Part shown: positions 52,361 to 63,317 of the stretch, in pieces
How positions within the stretch are numbered: the stretch's first letter is position 1
Layout of the letters: each line of letters begins with the position of its first letter
NCBI GenBank assembly: GCA_963663805.2
Contig: CAXXMR010000020.1
Location: forward strand, 160,001 to 224,000
Direction of reading: 5' to 3'
DNA length: 64,000 nt
Origin: Sedimentisphaerales bacterium
Lineage (GTDB): Bacteria > Planctomycetota > Phycisphaerae > Sedimentisphaerales > SM23-30
Position numbers and translations under genes: made by a program
The notes under the pieces: model-generated
Seen by the model: only the letters and a program-made list of their open reading frames with translations
Database searches by the model: none
Told to the model about the DNA's origin: nothing

Positions 52361-53970
52361 TGTATTGGTTCAGCGTGAATTGGACAAATGGCTTCCACGA
52401 TTAACTCTTAAACTTGCCTTCGGCAAGAGGTTTTTAAAGGCATAAGAAGGCTCTGAATTGTCTGTGGAACGCCTCACACCTGGGGCGGCAGGTGTATAAC
52501 TGCCACCCCCACGACAATTCGTCGCCTTGGTCTGGCTATCCCTGGCAGGTTGCACCTCTGCAGAGCCTGCGTCCGTTTCGCCTACCAACGGTATTGTCCG
52601 GGCGTTCCCAATCTCTGTCAAGCGTCTTTTCACTACGACACCTTTCTCAGGGCTTTGCGGGCCTGACGGGCGGCATCGAGTTTGGCTTCCCGGGCGGCCA
52701 GAATCGTTTCGGCCCGGCCGGCAAGTTTATCGTTGGGCGTAATATATCCAATCGCACTGTGTAGCCGCTGGTCATTGTAATGCCTCACAAAATCAGCCAC
52801 CAGGCGACACGCATCATCCCGCGACAATGGCGTATGAACTCGAATACAGGTACCCTTGATCGTTTTGTGATAGCGTTCGAGTTTTCCGTTGCTCTGCGGA
52901 TAATACGGCGAGGTCTTGACATGTGTCATACCGCTGAGCCGAATAAACTCTTTGAAGTCCTTCGAGATAAACTGCGGGCCGTTGTCCGAGATTATCCGCG
53001 GTCGAGCCTCGGGGAATTTCTCACGGGCATGCTGAAGAATAATTTCCACCTCCGCCTCCGTCATCGACTCCTTGATATCCCAATGCACGAGGTATCGGCT
53101 AAAACCGTCCAGAATGGAACACATGTAGTAAAAGGTGCCGCAGATATTAATGTACGAAATGTCGATATGCCAGTGTCCATGCGGTTTTAAGGGCTGAGCG
53201 AAGCCACTGCCTTTTTTGGAGGGTTTGCCGTTGAAGCGTTGCAGCAAATCCGCCTTTGACAACACTCGATAAACGCTGGCAGGACTCACCGCGACAATAT
53301 CCTCATCCATCATCATATAAGTCAGCCGCCGATAGCCTTCCCGCGGATGATCCGCATGATAGGCGATGATCGACTGTGTTTCGACATCGGTGAGCCAGAA
53401 GTCACGAGGAATCCAGCCGTTGTGCTCGTTGACCTTGCCATAACGTTTCTGCCAGTCATAAAACTTGCTGCGAGAAATGCCCATCCAGTTTATCATTGTC
53501 GCGGCCTTCACTTCCGTTTTATCCGTCCATTTGCGCACATAATCAACGACTTCATCCCGAACATCCGGTTCCGCCCAGGCGTCTTTCAACCCGGACCATG
53601 CTTTTTTTTTAAGTCGATGTTATGCTCAACCAGCTCGGCGATGACCTCATCTTTTTTGACCAGCTTTTTGTCGAGTTTTTTGATCAGGTTTTCCAGTTCA
53701 TACTCCCGGCCGACCTTTTTGGGTTCAAAGGCCGTGGCTCCATTTTCAAAAAACAGCTTCTGCCACTGGTAAAACTGGGTCGGAGCGATGCCGTACTGCT
53801 GGCAAACCTCCGACAAAGGCCGCTTCTCCAGAAGATGCTCCCGAATAATCCTTACCTTCTCCACCGCCTCAAACCGCCTACGCTCCTGTTTCATAACAAA
53901 TCCCTTTCAAAAATATACATAAAGAATAGCAACTTTAAAGGATTTGTCCATTTCCAACTGAGGCAATACA
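52361..53970 (-). mobile_element. IS3-family element, copy 2 (orfA 53894-53586, orfB to 52633)
   Basis: 1610 bp; matches copy 1 apart from A9 instead of A10 at the frameshift site; no target duplication. Confidence 0.93.
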
Positions 53971-53998
53971 ATAGTATCTACAAATACTTAATCTGAGT

Positions 53999-54913
53999 CT
54001 ATTTCCACACTCCTCCAGCGATCCACTTTTTCGCCAAAGAATCATTCCCTGCAACGGCAGTTAAAGGTGGTTGCAGGAACTTTTCTATATCCTTAACAAC
54101 TTCTTTGAGTTTAAGATTCACATCTTCAAGCTTGCTTGTTCGCAAGAAAGCCTGCCACTGCTGTTGTTTATCCGGGTTTGCGTAAAACTCTTCAGTGAAT
54201 GCTATCGGGCACTCAATTGGAATGCCTGTACCTCGACGCTCGAATGTGGCTTTAATTGCGTTGCTTAGATTGCCGCCGTCAAATTCAAACTCCTGTGATA
54301 AAATTCTTAGATCGTAAAAGTCTTTCATTCGACTGTTTAGCACGCCCTTTGAAACAATCGTTTCAAGTTTTTCAGCTACAACCGTTTCAATTGGGTAGGC
54401 TTTAATATGCGGCGAAGGCATATCCAACAAAGTCGGATAATCGATCTCTATCGGTGCCGGGATAATGCTGTCGCCAAAGCCGATGTTGATTTGGATATTA
54501 ATGCGGGCATTACCGAGTCTGCTTTCAAGCTTTACTCGCTGACCAGGATATTCCAGCTCTTCACGTATTTCGGTTATACGGATGGTCTCGGGATTAAACG
54601 TCATACCGTCAGGCTCAACCGTAACCTTGCATATTTCGCTAAATATTACTCGAATCGCTTTTGCGGACGCATCCCCGAAGCCCAATAAGTCCAGGTCTTT
54701 TGTTGGGCGGTACGGCTTACCTGCCCAGACCGCCCAGAGCATTGCACCTTTCAAAACGAATTTGCTGGATTGTCTTGAACATGAAAGACGATACAGCAAA
54801 CGCTCAATTGCATATCGTATAAAAACCAGATTTGGGTCTTCACCTCTTTTATTGCTGAGATTGATCAATTTCTGACGAACTGAAGCAACGATATTTTGTC
54901 CGGTGTTTTTCAT
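53999..54913 (-). CDS. abiEii: AbiEii/DUF1814 nucleotidyltransferase toxin
   Basis: FVLKGA, RPTKDLD, AEKLE, SRMKDFYD. Confidence 0.9.
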   Translation of the reverse strand: MKNTGQNIVASVRQKLINLSNKRGEDPNLVFIRYAIERLLYRLSCSRQSSKFVLKGAMLWAVWAGKPYRPTKDLDLLGFGDASAKAIRVIFSEICKVTVEPDGMTFNPETIRITEIREELEYPGQRVKLESRLGNARINIQINIGFGDSIIPAPIEIDYPTLLDMPSPHIKAYPIETVVAEKLETIVSKGVLNSRMKDFYDLRILSQEFEFDGGNLSNAIKATFERRGTGIPIECPIAFTEEFYANPDKQQQWQAFLRTSKLEDVNLKLKEVVKDIEKFLQPPLTAVAGNDSLAKKWIAGGVWK

Positions 54914-55515
54914 GACAGTGCCTCAAGATAAGGTTTCATTACTTGACTGACTCTGCAAATTTTGGCATATTGCCAAAGTTCGTCATTACTGCAAAGCCTC
55001 CTTTGGCGACAATCTTTCAGTGCCTCCAGTGCGATATCAAGGCCGATCTTATTGCGGTATTTGAAGCAGTCAGCCACTGTTTTTGCTATATTATAGACCC
55101 TGACCGCCACTCCCTCAATGATATGCTCTTCAATGCCCTCCGAAAGAGATTTACCCGAAAAACGCATGACACGTACCGGCGGATATTTCAGTCTGGGTCG
55201 GGCTGCCTTGCGATCAATGGCAATCCAAATCTCATGTGGAAGCTGGGTTCCAATATCATGGAATAGCAGAGCCGACAGCAGGCATACGACAGCATGGGGA
55301 ACCCGTTTGGCAACCTGAGCCAGTCCGATATTTTCGCTGAAATCCATATCTGAAGGAATATATGTACCTCTGCCTATTTTTATAAGCAGTCCTTGGTCAC
55401 ATAGCCTGCGGAGATATTCCGGATGCATCCCTTCGGCAATGGCATCCCGGACACGAATTACGCCATGCTCTCTGGCATATTCCAGTACTTTGTCTATTTT
55501 GCTGCCTTTTTCCAT
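54910..55515 (-). CDS. abiEi: AbiEi-type type IV antitoxin
   Basis: KIGRGTY, CLLSALLFH, KTVADCFKYRN; ATGA overlap with the toxin. Confidence 0.88.
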   Translation of the reverse strand: MEKGSKIDKVLEYAREHGVIRVRDAIAEGMHPEYLRRLCDQGLLIKIGRGTYIPSDMDFSENIGLAQVAKRVPHAVVCLLSALLFHDIGTQLPHEIWIAIDRKAARPRLKYPPVRVMRFSGKSLSEGIEEHIIEGVAVRVYNIAKTVADCFKYRNKIGLDIALEALKDCRQRRLCSNDELWQYAKICRVSQVMKPYLEALS

Positions 55516-55922
55516 TGTGTAATATCATTTCCTTATAATAATAAGTGCCGATATTATTACACATTTCGGATAGTTTTGTCAAGAGCATTAGAAAATTTGA
55601 CTGAAAATGAATATATCCATTTTTTTTGAGCTATAAACCTCCTTTTGTTAACTAATTATGGTTTTTCGAGGCGTTTTACCGCCTTGAAAACCTAGTTGTA
55701 CTGAACGCGTGGGTTGGTTGGGTGTTTCGAAGCGTTTTTTGGGTTGGTGTTTTGGGCGTTTTTTATGTTTCTGCGGGTATCGGCATCATGCTTTTTGCGA
55801 GCTTTGGTCTCTTCGGCGCATACCGGTGACGTAGTCCCGAACTTTGTGGTTCATTCCGGGCGATTTTGTTCGCTGGGTCATTGTTCGATGTGATGGCAAA
55901 AGATGTTCAAGACCATGGCGGC

Positions 55923-57038
55923 TTACGGACTGCGGGCTCGGTGTCTAGGCAGCGTTTCGATCAACTGCAATTGTTTACTGCCGCAATGAAGGCACTTCAG
56001 TGGTTGCTCGGGAGTTTTTTCGTCATCTGATTCCGGTGCACTGAGCATCAATGTCGACTCCGGCATCTGTTCGGTAACGGCCAATGAACAGATCAGTTTT
56101 TTGACATTATGCCGATTGGAAGGATGCCAGATCCCATAGTAACGCACCTTATGAAAGCCCTTTGGCAATACGTGCTGCAGATACCGCCGGATAAACTCAC
56201 AGCCCTCAAGTTTTAATATCTTCCAATTACCGGTCCGTCGATCTTTATGCTTGAATGTCACATACGTGCTGTCCATACTCAGGATACGATTATTGGTAAT
56301 CGCGATTCGAAACACATAACGGCCCAGATAATTCAAGACCGCTTTTGAGCCTTGCTCATAATGCAAACTGTGCACGACCCAGTCTCTGTCCCAGGCAGCA
56401 GTATCTATCTGTTGGTAAAGATCAGGATAGTTCTTTCTGAGTCTGGCGGCCAATTTGCCTCTGATCAATCTGGAAAGAGCCCGGACCGGCACCAGGTATT
56501 TATTTTTGCAGGATACCCACCGGCCCTGCTGGTCAACCCCGCCGCCGGTAACCAGCAGATGAACATGGGGATGATAGCTCAGATTGCTGCCCCAGGTATG
56601 CAATACCGCTAAAATACCAACTCTCGCCCCGAGATGTTTGGGATCATCGGCCAACTGAATTAGAGCATCGGTGGCAGTTTTCATCAGCAGCGAGTACAGC
56701 TGCTTTTGGTTACTGCGAAACACAGTGCGCAGAGATTGCGGTAATGTCACCGTTACGTGAAAATAATCGCATGGTAACAATTCGGCAGTGCGTTGCTCGA
56801 GCCATATACTGGTCTGTTCCCGGTGGCAGGCGGGACAATGCCGGTTGCGACAGCCATGGAAGACGTATGATTTCTTGCCACAATTATCACACTGGTAAAC
56901 ATGACCACCCATTTCGGGGGTACGGCATCTCTGAATATCCAATAACGCTTGTTTGTGCGAAACAGGCATGGACTCCGAGAACCGCTGCAGGTATAATGGA
57001 CCGAACTGACGCATGATGTCGGCCAGTTCGATGGACAT
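55923..57038 (-). CDS. IS91-family Y2/HUH transposase
   Basis: CRT..MGG, CRNRHCP.C, LHTWG, HPHVH, YLGRY, HVLPKGFHKVRYYG. Confidence 0.95.
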   Translation of the reverse strand: MSIELADIMRQFGPLYLQRFSESMPVSHKQALLDIQRCRTPEMGGHVYQCDNCGKKSYVFHGCRNRHCPACHREQTSIWLEQRTAELLPCDYFHVTVTLPQSLRTVFRSNQKQLYSLLMKTATDALIQLADDPKHLGARVGILAVLHTWGSNLSYHPHVHLLVTGGGVDQQGRWVSCKNKYLVPVRALSRLIRGKLAARLRKNYPDLYQQIDTAAWDRDWVVHSLHYEQGSKAVLNYLGRYVFRIAITNNRILSMDSTYVTFKHKDRRTGNWKILKLEGCEFIRRYLQHVLPKGFHKVRYYGIWHPSNRHNVKKLICSLAVTEQMPESTLMLSAPESDDEKTPEQPLKCLHCGSKQLQLIETLPRHRARSP

Positions 57039-57050
57039 GACTCAGCCCAG

Positions 57051-57961
57051 TTAAGGTGAGCGAGTCATGATTTTCTCGATGGTATTGCGAACTTTGTTTT
57101 GGATGGGCGTGGTCATGTGCGTGTAGATCTCAGTTGACTTAATGCTTCTGTGCCCCAGAAGCATCTGGACAACACGCACATCCACGCCATTTTCCAATAA
57201 TCGCGTGGCAAAACTATGACGCAGGATATGAGGAGTTACGTCCTTGATCGCTAATGATTGGGCCGCTTGATTGAATGCCTTCCGAACCGCACTGTCCGTG
57301 ATGTGACTCTTGCCATAGCGACTGGGAAAAAGATATTTGGGATGCTGATGACCTTTCCAGAACATACGCATCAAATATAGAGTACTGGGCGAAATCGGCA
57401 CCAGTCTTTGGGAATTACCCTTGCCAATGACCGTCAAATTGCCGGTGGCCTTATCGATGTCGGAAATTTCAATCTTGACAGCCTCCCCCAAACGCAGGCC
57501 GCAGGAATACATCATCTGCAGACAGCAGCGATATATCGGGCGATCTAACGCGTGAATCAATTGCAGGCAGTCGCTATGTTCCAGAACCCGGGGTAAACGG
57601 AACTGAGATAACGAACGCATTTTTTTTAAAAAAGATGCCAGTCTTTACCCAGAGTCTCATTGAAGAAGAATCTCAGGGCGAACCGTAACACCTTGAAAGT
57701 GCCTTTAGGAATGTTACGGCGATGCCGTGCCAATAGATACTCTGCGACCTGCTGCTCGGTGAGTTCGTTCGGAGCACACCAATAGTAGCGGACGATTTGC
57801 TCGACCGCATCCAGATAGGTTCGACGCGACTCCGCCGCCAAACCGGCCAGTTCCATGTCCTTGAGAAACTGAGCCCTGAGGACGTTGGCCTCAGCGATCT
57901 GGGGTAATTTGCCGCCTGGAGTGACAGTACTGAGTTTTGGGGAATCGATTCGTTGCTTCAT
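57051..57961 (-). CDS. Tyrosine recombinase (SAM-like N-terminus plus catalytic domain) split at a T6A8 run
   Basis: YSCGLRLGE, HILRHSFAT, LGH, IY; N-terminal ORF from ATG 57961 stops at 57626; adding one T joins them. Confidence 0.85.
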
Positions 57962-58139
57962 GAGTTCTACCTTTCTGTGCCAGAATCTAAAAAAAGCCCG
58001 GCCCAACGCCGGACAGCATAGAAATAGTATAACCCCAAGCACCCCAATCCCCAAAAAACGGCCCTAATAACCCAAAAACAACGAAAAGCTTCCAATCTTA
58101 GCCACGGCGAAGCCGTTTAGTACAACGGGCGGGTTGGCA

Positions 58140-58234
58140 GAAATAGTCATTTTTTGACTATTTCATAAAGTTCTATTGAATTTCAGTCGAAAATATTATA
58201 TATTTAACAAAAGTAGTCACAGTACGACTGTTTT
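58140..58234 (+). promoter_or_regulatory. Two inverted repeats, candidate AbiEi operators
   Basis: GAAATAGTCA-N5-TGACTATTTC (58140-58164) and AAAGTAGTC-N7-GACTGTTTT (58210-58234); AbiEi autorepression via two IRs is established. Confidence 0.65.
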
Positions 58235-58252
58235 TATATAAAGCAGAGAATC

Positions 58253-60109
58253 ATGAACAGATTGACAGAACAGTTTTTTCAAGCCCCCACAGGGGTATTT
58301 ACCCAATCAGACGTGGCTGTTGCGATTGACGGCACGGATTTTAGCCGCCACGGACTTGTCAAACGCGCTATGGCGGGCGGAGAAATCCTCAATATCCGTC
58401 GCGGTTTGTATTGCCTGGCTCCCAAATTCCAAAAGAAGCCTATTAGTGTTTACAGCCTGGCAGAACAGGTTTATGGCCCCAGCTACATCAGCATGGAGGC
58501 AGCCTTGAGTTATCATGGCTGGATTCCAGAGGCGGTTTACACTTGCACCTGTGCGAGTTTTGGCAACAGCAAGGAATTTGAGACCCCTCTTGGGGTATTC
58601 AGCTATAAACGTATTCCGCAAAATACATTTTATTTTGCCGTTGAACGATGCGTGGATGAAAACAACAATATTTTCTTTATGGCCTCACCAGCAAAAGCTC
58701 TGGCCGATCATCTTTATAGCCAAAGTATGAACTGGGCCGGTACTAAAGAGCCAGTCGAGAGCTTACGAATTGATGAGGATGGACTAGTGCCTTGTAAAAA
58801 TTAAATACACCTATTCGATCTGTCCGATAATGACCCCATAAGCCGATTTTTTATGGAGTCTGTTATGAACAAGAAGTACATTGTTCGTCTAAGCGACGAA
58901 GAACGCCGTGAATTGGTTGAGGTCATTAACAAGCTCAAGGGAACCTCGCAAAAAGTCAAGCGTGCGCAAATATTACTCAAGGCGGATGCCGACGGCCCTA
59001 ACTGGCCTCACCATCAAATTGCCGAAGCGTTTCTATGTCGCGTCAAAACCGTGTCGAATGTTTGTAGGTCCCTGGTGGAACGAGGATTTGACATAACCTT
59101 GAATGGCAAAAAGCGTGATACGCCGCCTCGCGCTAAATTGCTGGACGGCCAGCAGGAAGCCAAGATCATTGCACTGAGATTGAGCGAGCCGCCGGCAGGG
59201 TATAGCAACTGGTCACTGCGACTGCTCGCCGAGAAAGCAGTTGAATTAGAGATTGTGGATTCCATCAGTCATACGACGGTTAGTACCACCTTAAAAAAAA
59301 TGACATGACGAAACGGAAAATTCAGTATTGGGTGATTCCGCCGGATCAAAGCAGCGAATTTGTGGCCTGCATGGAAGATGTCCTGGATGTCTATGCGATG
59401 CCATATGACCCGGATTTTCCGGTTGTTTGTATGGATGAGCAACCGGTTCAGTTACTCAAGGAAACACGAACCCCGATTCCGGCAACGCTGAATCACCCGC
59501 GTCGCGTGGATTATGAATATGAGCGTGCCGGAACGGCAAGTCTCTTTATTTTTACCGAACCGCTATCCGGCTGGCGTGATGTGAATGCCCGCCCCCAGCG
59601 TACAAAGGTTGACTGGGCGATTGAAATGGCAGATTTGCTTGATGGTCGCTATGCCAAAGCGAAAAAAGTTCTTCTGGTGTGTGACAATTTGAATACACAT
59701 ACCAAAGGGGCTTTCTACGACGTTTTTCCTCCGGAACAGGCTCGTAAATATGTGGAAAAGATTGAATTTCATTATACGCCCAAACACGGCAGTTGGCTCA
59801 ATATTGCTGAAAACGAACTGAGTTCGATGACCCGGCAATGTTTGAAAGATCGAAAAATGACAGATATTGATATGCTGAAAAAAGAGACGAGTGCCTGGGC
59901 TACAAATTTCAATGAAAAACAGAGAGGTGTGGACTGGCAATTTAAGGTAGAAGAGGCCAGATGTAAACTTCGCTCACTCTACCCGAATATTTAAGGATTA
60001 CAAGGCACTAGTCTGCGTAACCGCAGAAGAACTCAAAGGACTTTTAAAAAACTACAACAACGGTCGGGTAAAGCGTTTTTTGACCGGCTGGCTTCGCGAG
60101 GTGCAATGA
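58253..60109 (+). pseudogene. abiEi: AbiEi-type antitoxin interrupted by IS630
   Basis: IRRGLY, PSYISMEAALSYHGWIPE, ASPAKALAD; continues VCVTAEELK...LREVQ* after the IS, overlapping the toxin ATG. Confidence 0.85.
58787..60008 (+). mobile_element. IS630-family element (ORFs 58853-59308 and 59305-59994)
   Basis: IR gtgccttgtaa / ttacaaggcac; TA duplication in CTAG; MDE, DNLNTH, SWLNIAE; A8 slippery run. Confidence 0.95.
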
Positions 60110-60966
60110 TGAGCGTAAAAATGATTCAACAACGTCTATTGAGCTACAATTGTAAAACCGACATTGAGGAGCAACAGGCCATTCGCGAGATTACACAGGA
60201 AGTGGTGCTTGCTGCACTTGGCCGTGGAGACTTCTTTAAGCATGCATTATTTCAGGGCGGAACCTGCCTACGAATTTTCTACGGCCTGAACCGCTTTTCC
60301 GAAGATATGGATTTTATACTGCGTCAAAGCAAACCCGATTTTCAATTGAAAGACCACCTCAAACATCTGACCGATGAGCTGGCCGCTTACGGATATAATA
60401 TTGAAATCACCGATCGCTCCAAAATCGAGGCAACGATAAAAAAAGCTTTCCTGAAAGACAACTCCCTGGGCAAGATAATAGACTTACATCATGCCAATCA
60501 GACAGGCCCAATGGCGAAAATCAGAATAAAATTGGAGGTTGATACCAAACCGCCGGCTGGCAGCGGCCAAGAATTGAAATATCTGGATTTTCCGTTTGTT
60601 ACAACGATAGCCGTGCAGGATAAGCCAAGCTTGTTTGCTGGTAAAATCCATGCTTTACTCTGTCGCGAGTATATCAAAGGCCGGGATTGGTATGATTTCA
60701 TTTGGTACACCAGTAATGGCATTGACATAAATTATGATTTTCTAGCCTCGGCAATCAATCGACTCGGACCGTGGCAAGGCCAGTCGCTTACTGTTGACAA
60801 GGCGTGGACACTGAGTGAACTGGAACAAAAAATCACCTCCTTAAACTGGAAGCAGGCCGCTGAAGATGTGCGTCGATTTGTCCAGGTCAATGAACAGCCT
60901 TCGCTTGATTTGTGGAGCAAAGAAATGTTTCTATCACAATTGGATAAACTCGATCGAACTTTGTGA
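60106..60966 (+). CDS. abiEii: AbiEii/DUF1814 nucleotidyltransferase toxin
   Basis: FQGGTCLRIFYGLNRFSEDMDF, AGKIHA, KGRDWYD. Confidence 0.92.
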   Translation: MMSVKMIQQRLLSYNCKTDIEEQQAIREITQEVVLAALGRGDFFKHALFQGGTCLRIFYGLNRFSEDMDFILRQSKPDFQLKDHLKHLTDELAAYGYNIEITDRSKIEATIKKAFLKDNSLGKIIDLHHANQTGPMAKIRIKLEVDTKPPAGSGQELKYLDFPFVTTIAVQDKPSLFAGKIHALLCREYIKGRDWYDFIWYTSNGIDINYDFLASAINRLGPWQGQSLTVDKAWTLSELEQKITSLNWKQAAEDVRRFVQVNEQPSLDLWSKEMFLSQLDKLDRTL

Positions 60967-61326
60967 AAATGGGCGGCTTCAAGCATCTAACCGAACTCTG
61001 CGACGAATTCCAAACCTGGTACAATCAATGGCGTCCTCACATGACACTCGATGGCTTAAGGCCGGATGATGTCTTCTATAGCAACAAACCTGAAATGCCT
61101 GACAACGATGCGAAAGAAGTGCCGCCCAATATTGAGCAACGCTACTTTTGCCAAACCCAGAGAGCGGTGGGCTATCGGCTAAAACAGTCTGCTTGAATCT
61201 TGGTGAATCCAGGGCTTAACTGCAGTATCGTTCTACGCAGATTTAGCGTTTTCTCGACAAGCCTGCCGAAAATCCGACGATTTACCATTCAGTGTTCTTC
61301 GACAACTCTGAATCTGAACTCATATC

Positions 61327-63317
61327 ATCGAGTAGACATAATATGACTCCGCCACTTAGGTTTCATTTGTTTTCACTGTTTCTCCTGCCTTTCGGTATCA
61401 GGAGTGTCACATTATTCAACCTTATGAGGAGTTTCAATGTCCCTCACAGAACCGGACTTGAAGATTTCCTTCATCCGGCTCTTCAGTAGAACTCACAGTG
61501 CAGACGATCGCACATACAGATTGTGCACTATCTTCGGTCTTGGCAATGGGTAGTGTTTCAAGTATTCATTGAACTGTTCCCAACTGAACGATTGACGCTG
61601 GCTTCGCCGATTGAGCCATTTATGGGCCATTATAACGGTTTCTCTATAAAATTGATTTATAGAATGCCAATTACAACTAACACCATAGTATTGATAGTGG
61701 CCCCGTAGCTTCGCCTGTAGAACCGGCCACCATTCCTTGACCTTCTTGTAGTTCCGTATGCGTCTCAGCCAGTCATTCATCTCTTTGCATTTCATACGGA
61801 ATTTCTTCTGGCTGGTCTTACGACCAACCATAAACCTACCCATGCGGCTTACACTGCAATGATGGGTAAAGCCGAGAAAGTCAAAGGTGTTGGCTTTACG
61901 GTTCTGTCGCTGAGCATTCTCTCGTTCGTATCTGCCAAAACTTATCACGCGGGTTTTCTCTGTGTGTAATTCCAGAGAAAACTTCGCAAACCTCGCTCGC
62001 AAGGCCTGCTCAATACTTTGAGCATCTTCCTGATATTGAACCATGCAGATGAAATCATCTGCGTAACGCACCAGGGAGCAGAAACCTTTGGTTCGTGGTT
62101 TGACGCATTTGTCACACCACAGGTCGAGCACATAGTGCAGGAATATATTGGAGAGCATTGGACTGAGATTACCACCTTGCGGTGTGCCTGTGTGGTCAAT
62201 ACAAGTTGATCGGCATCAACATATCCCGCTTTCAGAAATCTTCTTATCAGAAGTAGAAAGCTGGGATCTTTGATCCGAACTTGTAGAAACTCCATCATCC
62301 ATGTGTGTGAGACATTATCAAAGAATCCCTTGATATCTGCCTCAATGATATGATTGACAGGTTTCGTCATAATCGTATTGTCCACGACTTTGAGAGCATG
62401 ATGACACCCGCGGCCGGAGCGAAATCCATAGGAACAATCCAGAAAATCAACCTCGTAGATCGCCTCAAGAATATGGGCAATCCCCTTCTGGACTATCTTG
62501 TCCTCAAGGGATGGTAGTCCCAGAGGCCGTTTCTCATGTTCGTTCTTCGGGATATACACCCGTTTGGCAGGTTGCGGCTTGTACCGCTTGGACTTCATGC
62601 GGGCCACAAGGCAACCGAGATTCTCATCCAGCTGCTCTCCATATTCCTTCCAACTGACTCCATCTATGCCACTGGCTCGGTCCCTGCCGAGACCAAAGTA
62701 GCATTCCTTCAGGAACCTTTTGTTCAGTAAATGAGCTATACTCGTAAACTGTAACTTCGGGTCCTTCCGGGCCTGTTCTGATATGAGGGCTAATTTTGTT
62801 TGTGTTGAGTGATCCATCTCAGGGTATGGCTCCCACATACGCATCCCTCTGCGTTCTACTGCTATCCCCTTCGAGTGCCCCAACCTTCCGGGGCTCACCG
62901 GGCGTTGCCCCGGTTACACCTCTACTATGAGATAGTCTGACTACCATCCCGCCATACTTCCGCCTTGCCTCTTCAGCTTGTTGGAAGCTTACATCGGGAA
63001 CGGGATGGTTCTCCCAAGTTCCAATGTGAACCGTTGATTTACCTGCCATGGCCTCCGATCCCGACACGCCGCCGACATACTCGCCTTTACGCATGCAGCG
63101 ATACTGGCTTCCAGAAAAGTCATAACCTTGGCCCAGTGCCACTTTCTCTATTTCGGGACTCAATACCTTCACTTGCGTTATGGCCGACAAATCGCCGTCC
63201 CTTTGGCTTCGCATAATTCGTTACCTCATTATACGCAAAGTTCCGTTCTGGCCTGGTGGCTAGCCTTTGGCCAGGCTGGATTGTCCAGCTTGTTCACATT
63301 AGCTTTGCTTGGCACAC
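61327..63317 (-). mobile_element. Group II intron
   Basis: 5' GTGTG at 63317; domain V gagccggatgaaggaaatcttcaagtccggttc; 3' tactcgAT at 61327; EBS1-like GACTTTTC complementary to the 5' exon. Confidence 0.9.
61493..62817 (-). CDS. ltrA: Group II intron reverse transcriptase/maturase without endonuclease domain, frameshift near 62195
   Basis: RPLGLP, ADIKGFFD, GTPQGG, RYADD, FDFLGF, LRGHYQYY. Confidence 0.9.

Larger units (their letters stand above)
55695..58126 (-). mobile_element. IS91-like rolling-circle element with tyrosine recombinase (ends tentative)
   Basis: Recombinase plus Y2 transposase; inverted termini gttgtactgaacg / cgtttagtacaac. Confidence 0.65.

Noticed and set aside
41600..61000. 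Integron cassette array of toxin-antitoxin genes
   Set aside because: The recombinase is short and IS91-linked with no evident IntI insertion; GTTAG/GTTGG motifs at 42816 and 58133 lack convincing attC stems; genes are not co-oriented.
61493..62898. Diversity-generating retroelement or retron
   Set aside because: RT has group II motifs plus domain V and intron boundaries; I saw no template/variable repeat pair with adenine-specific differences.
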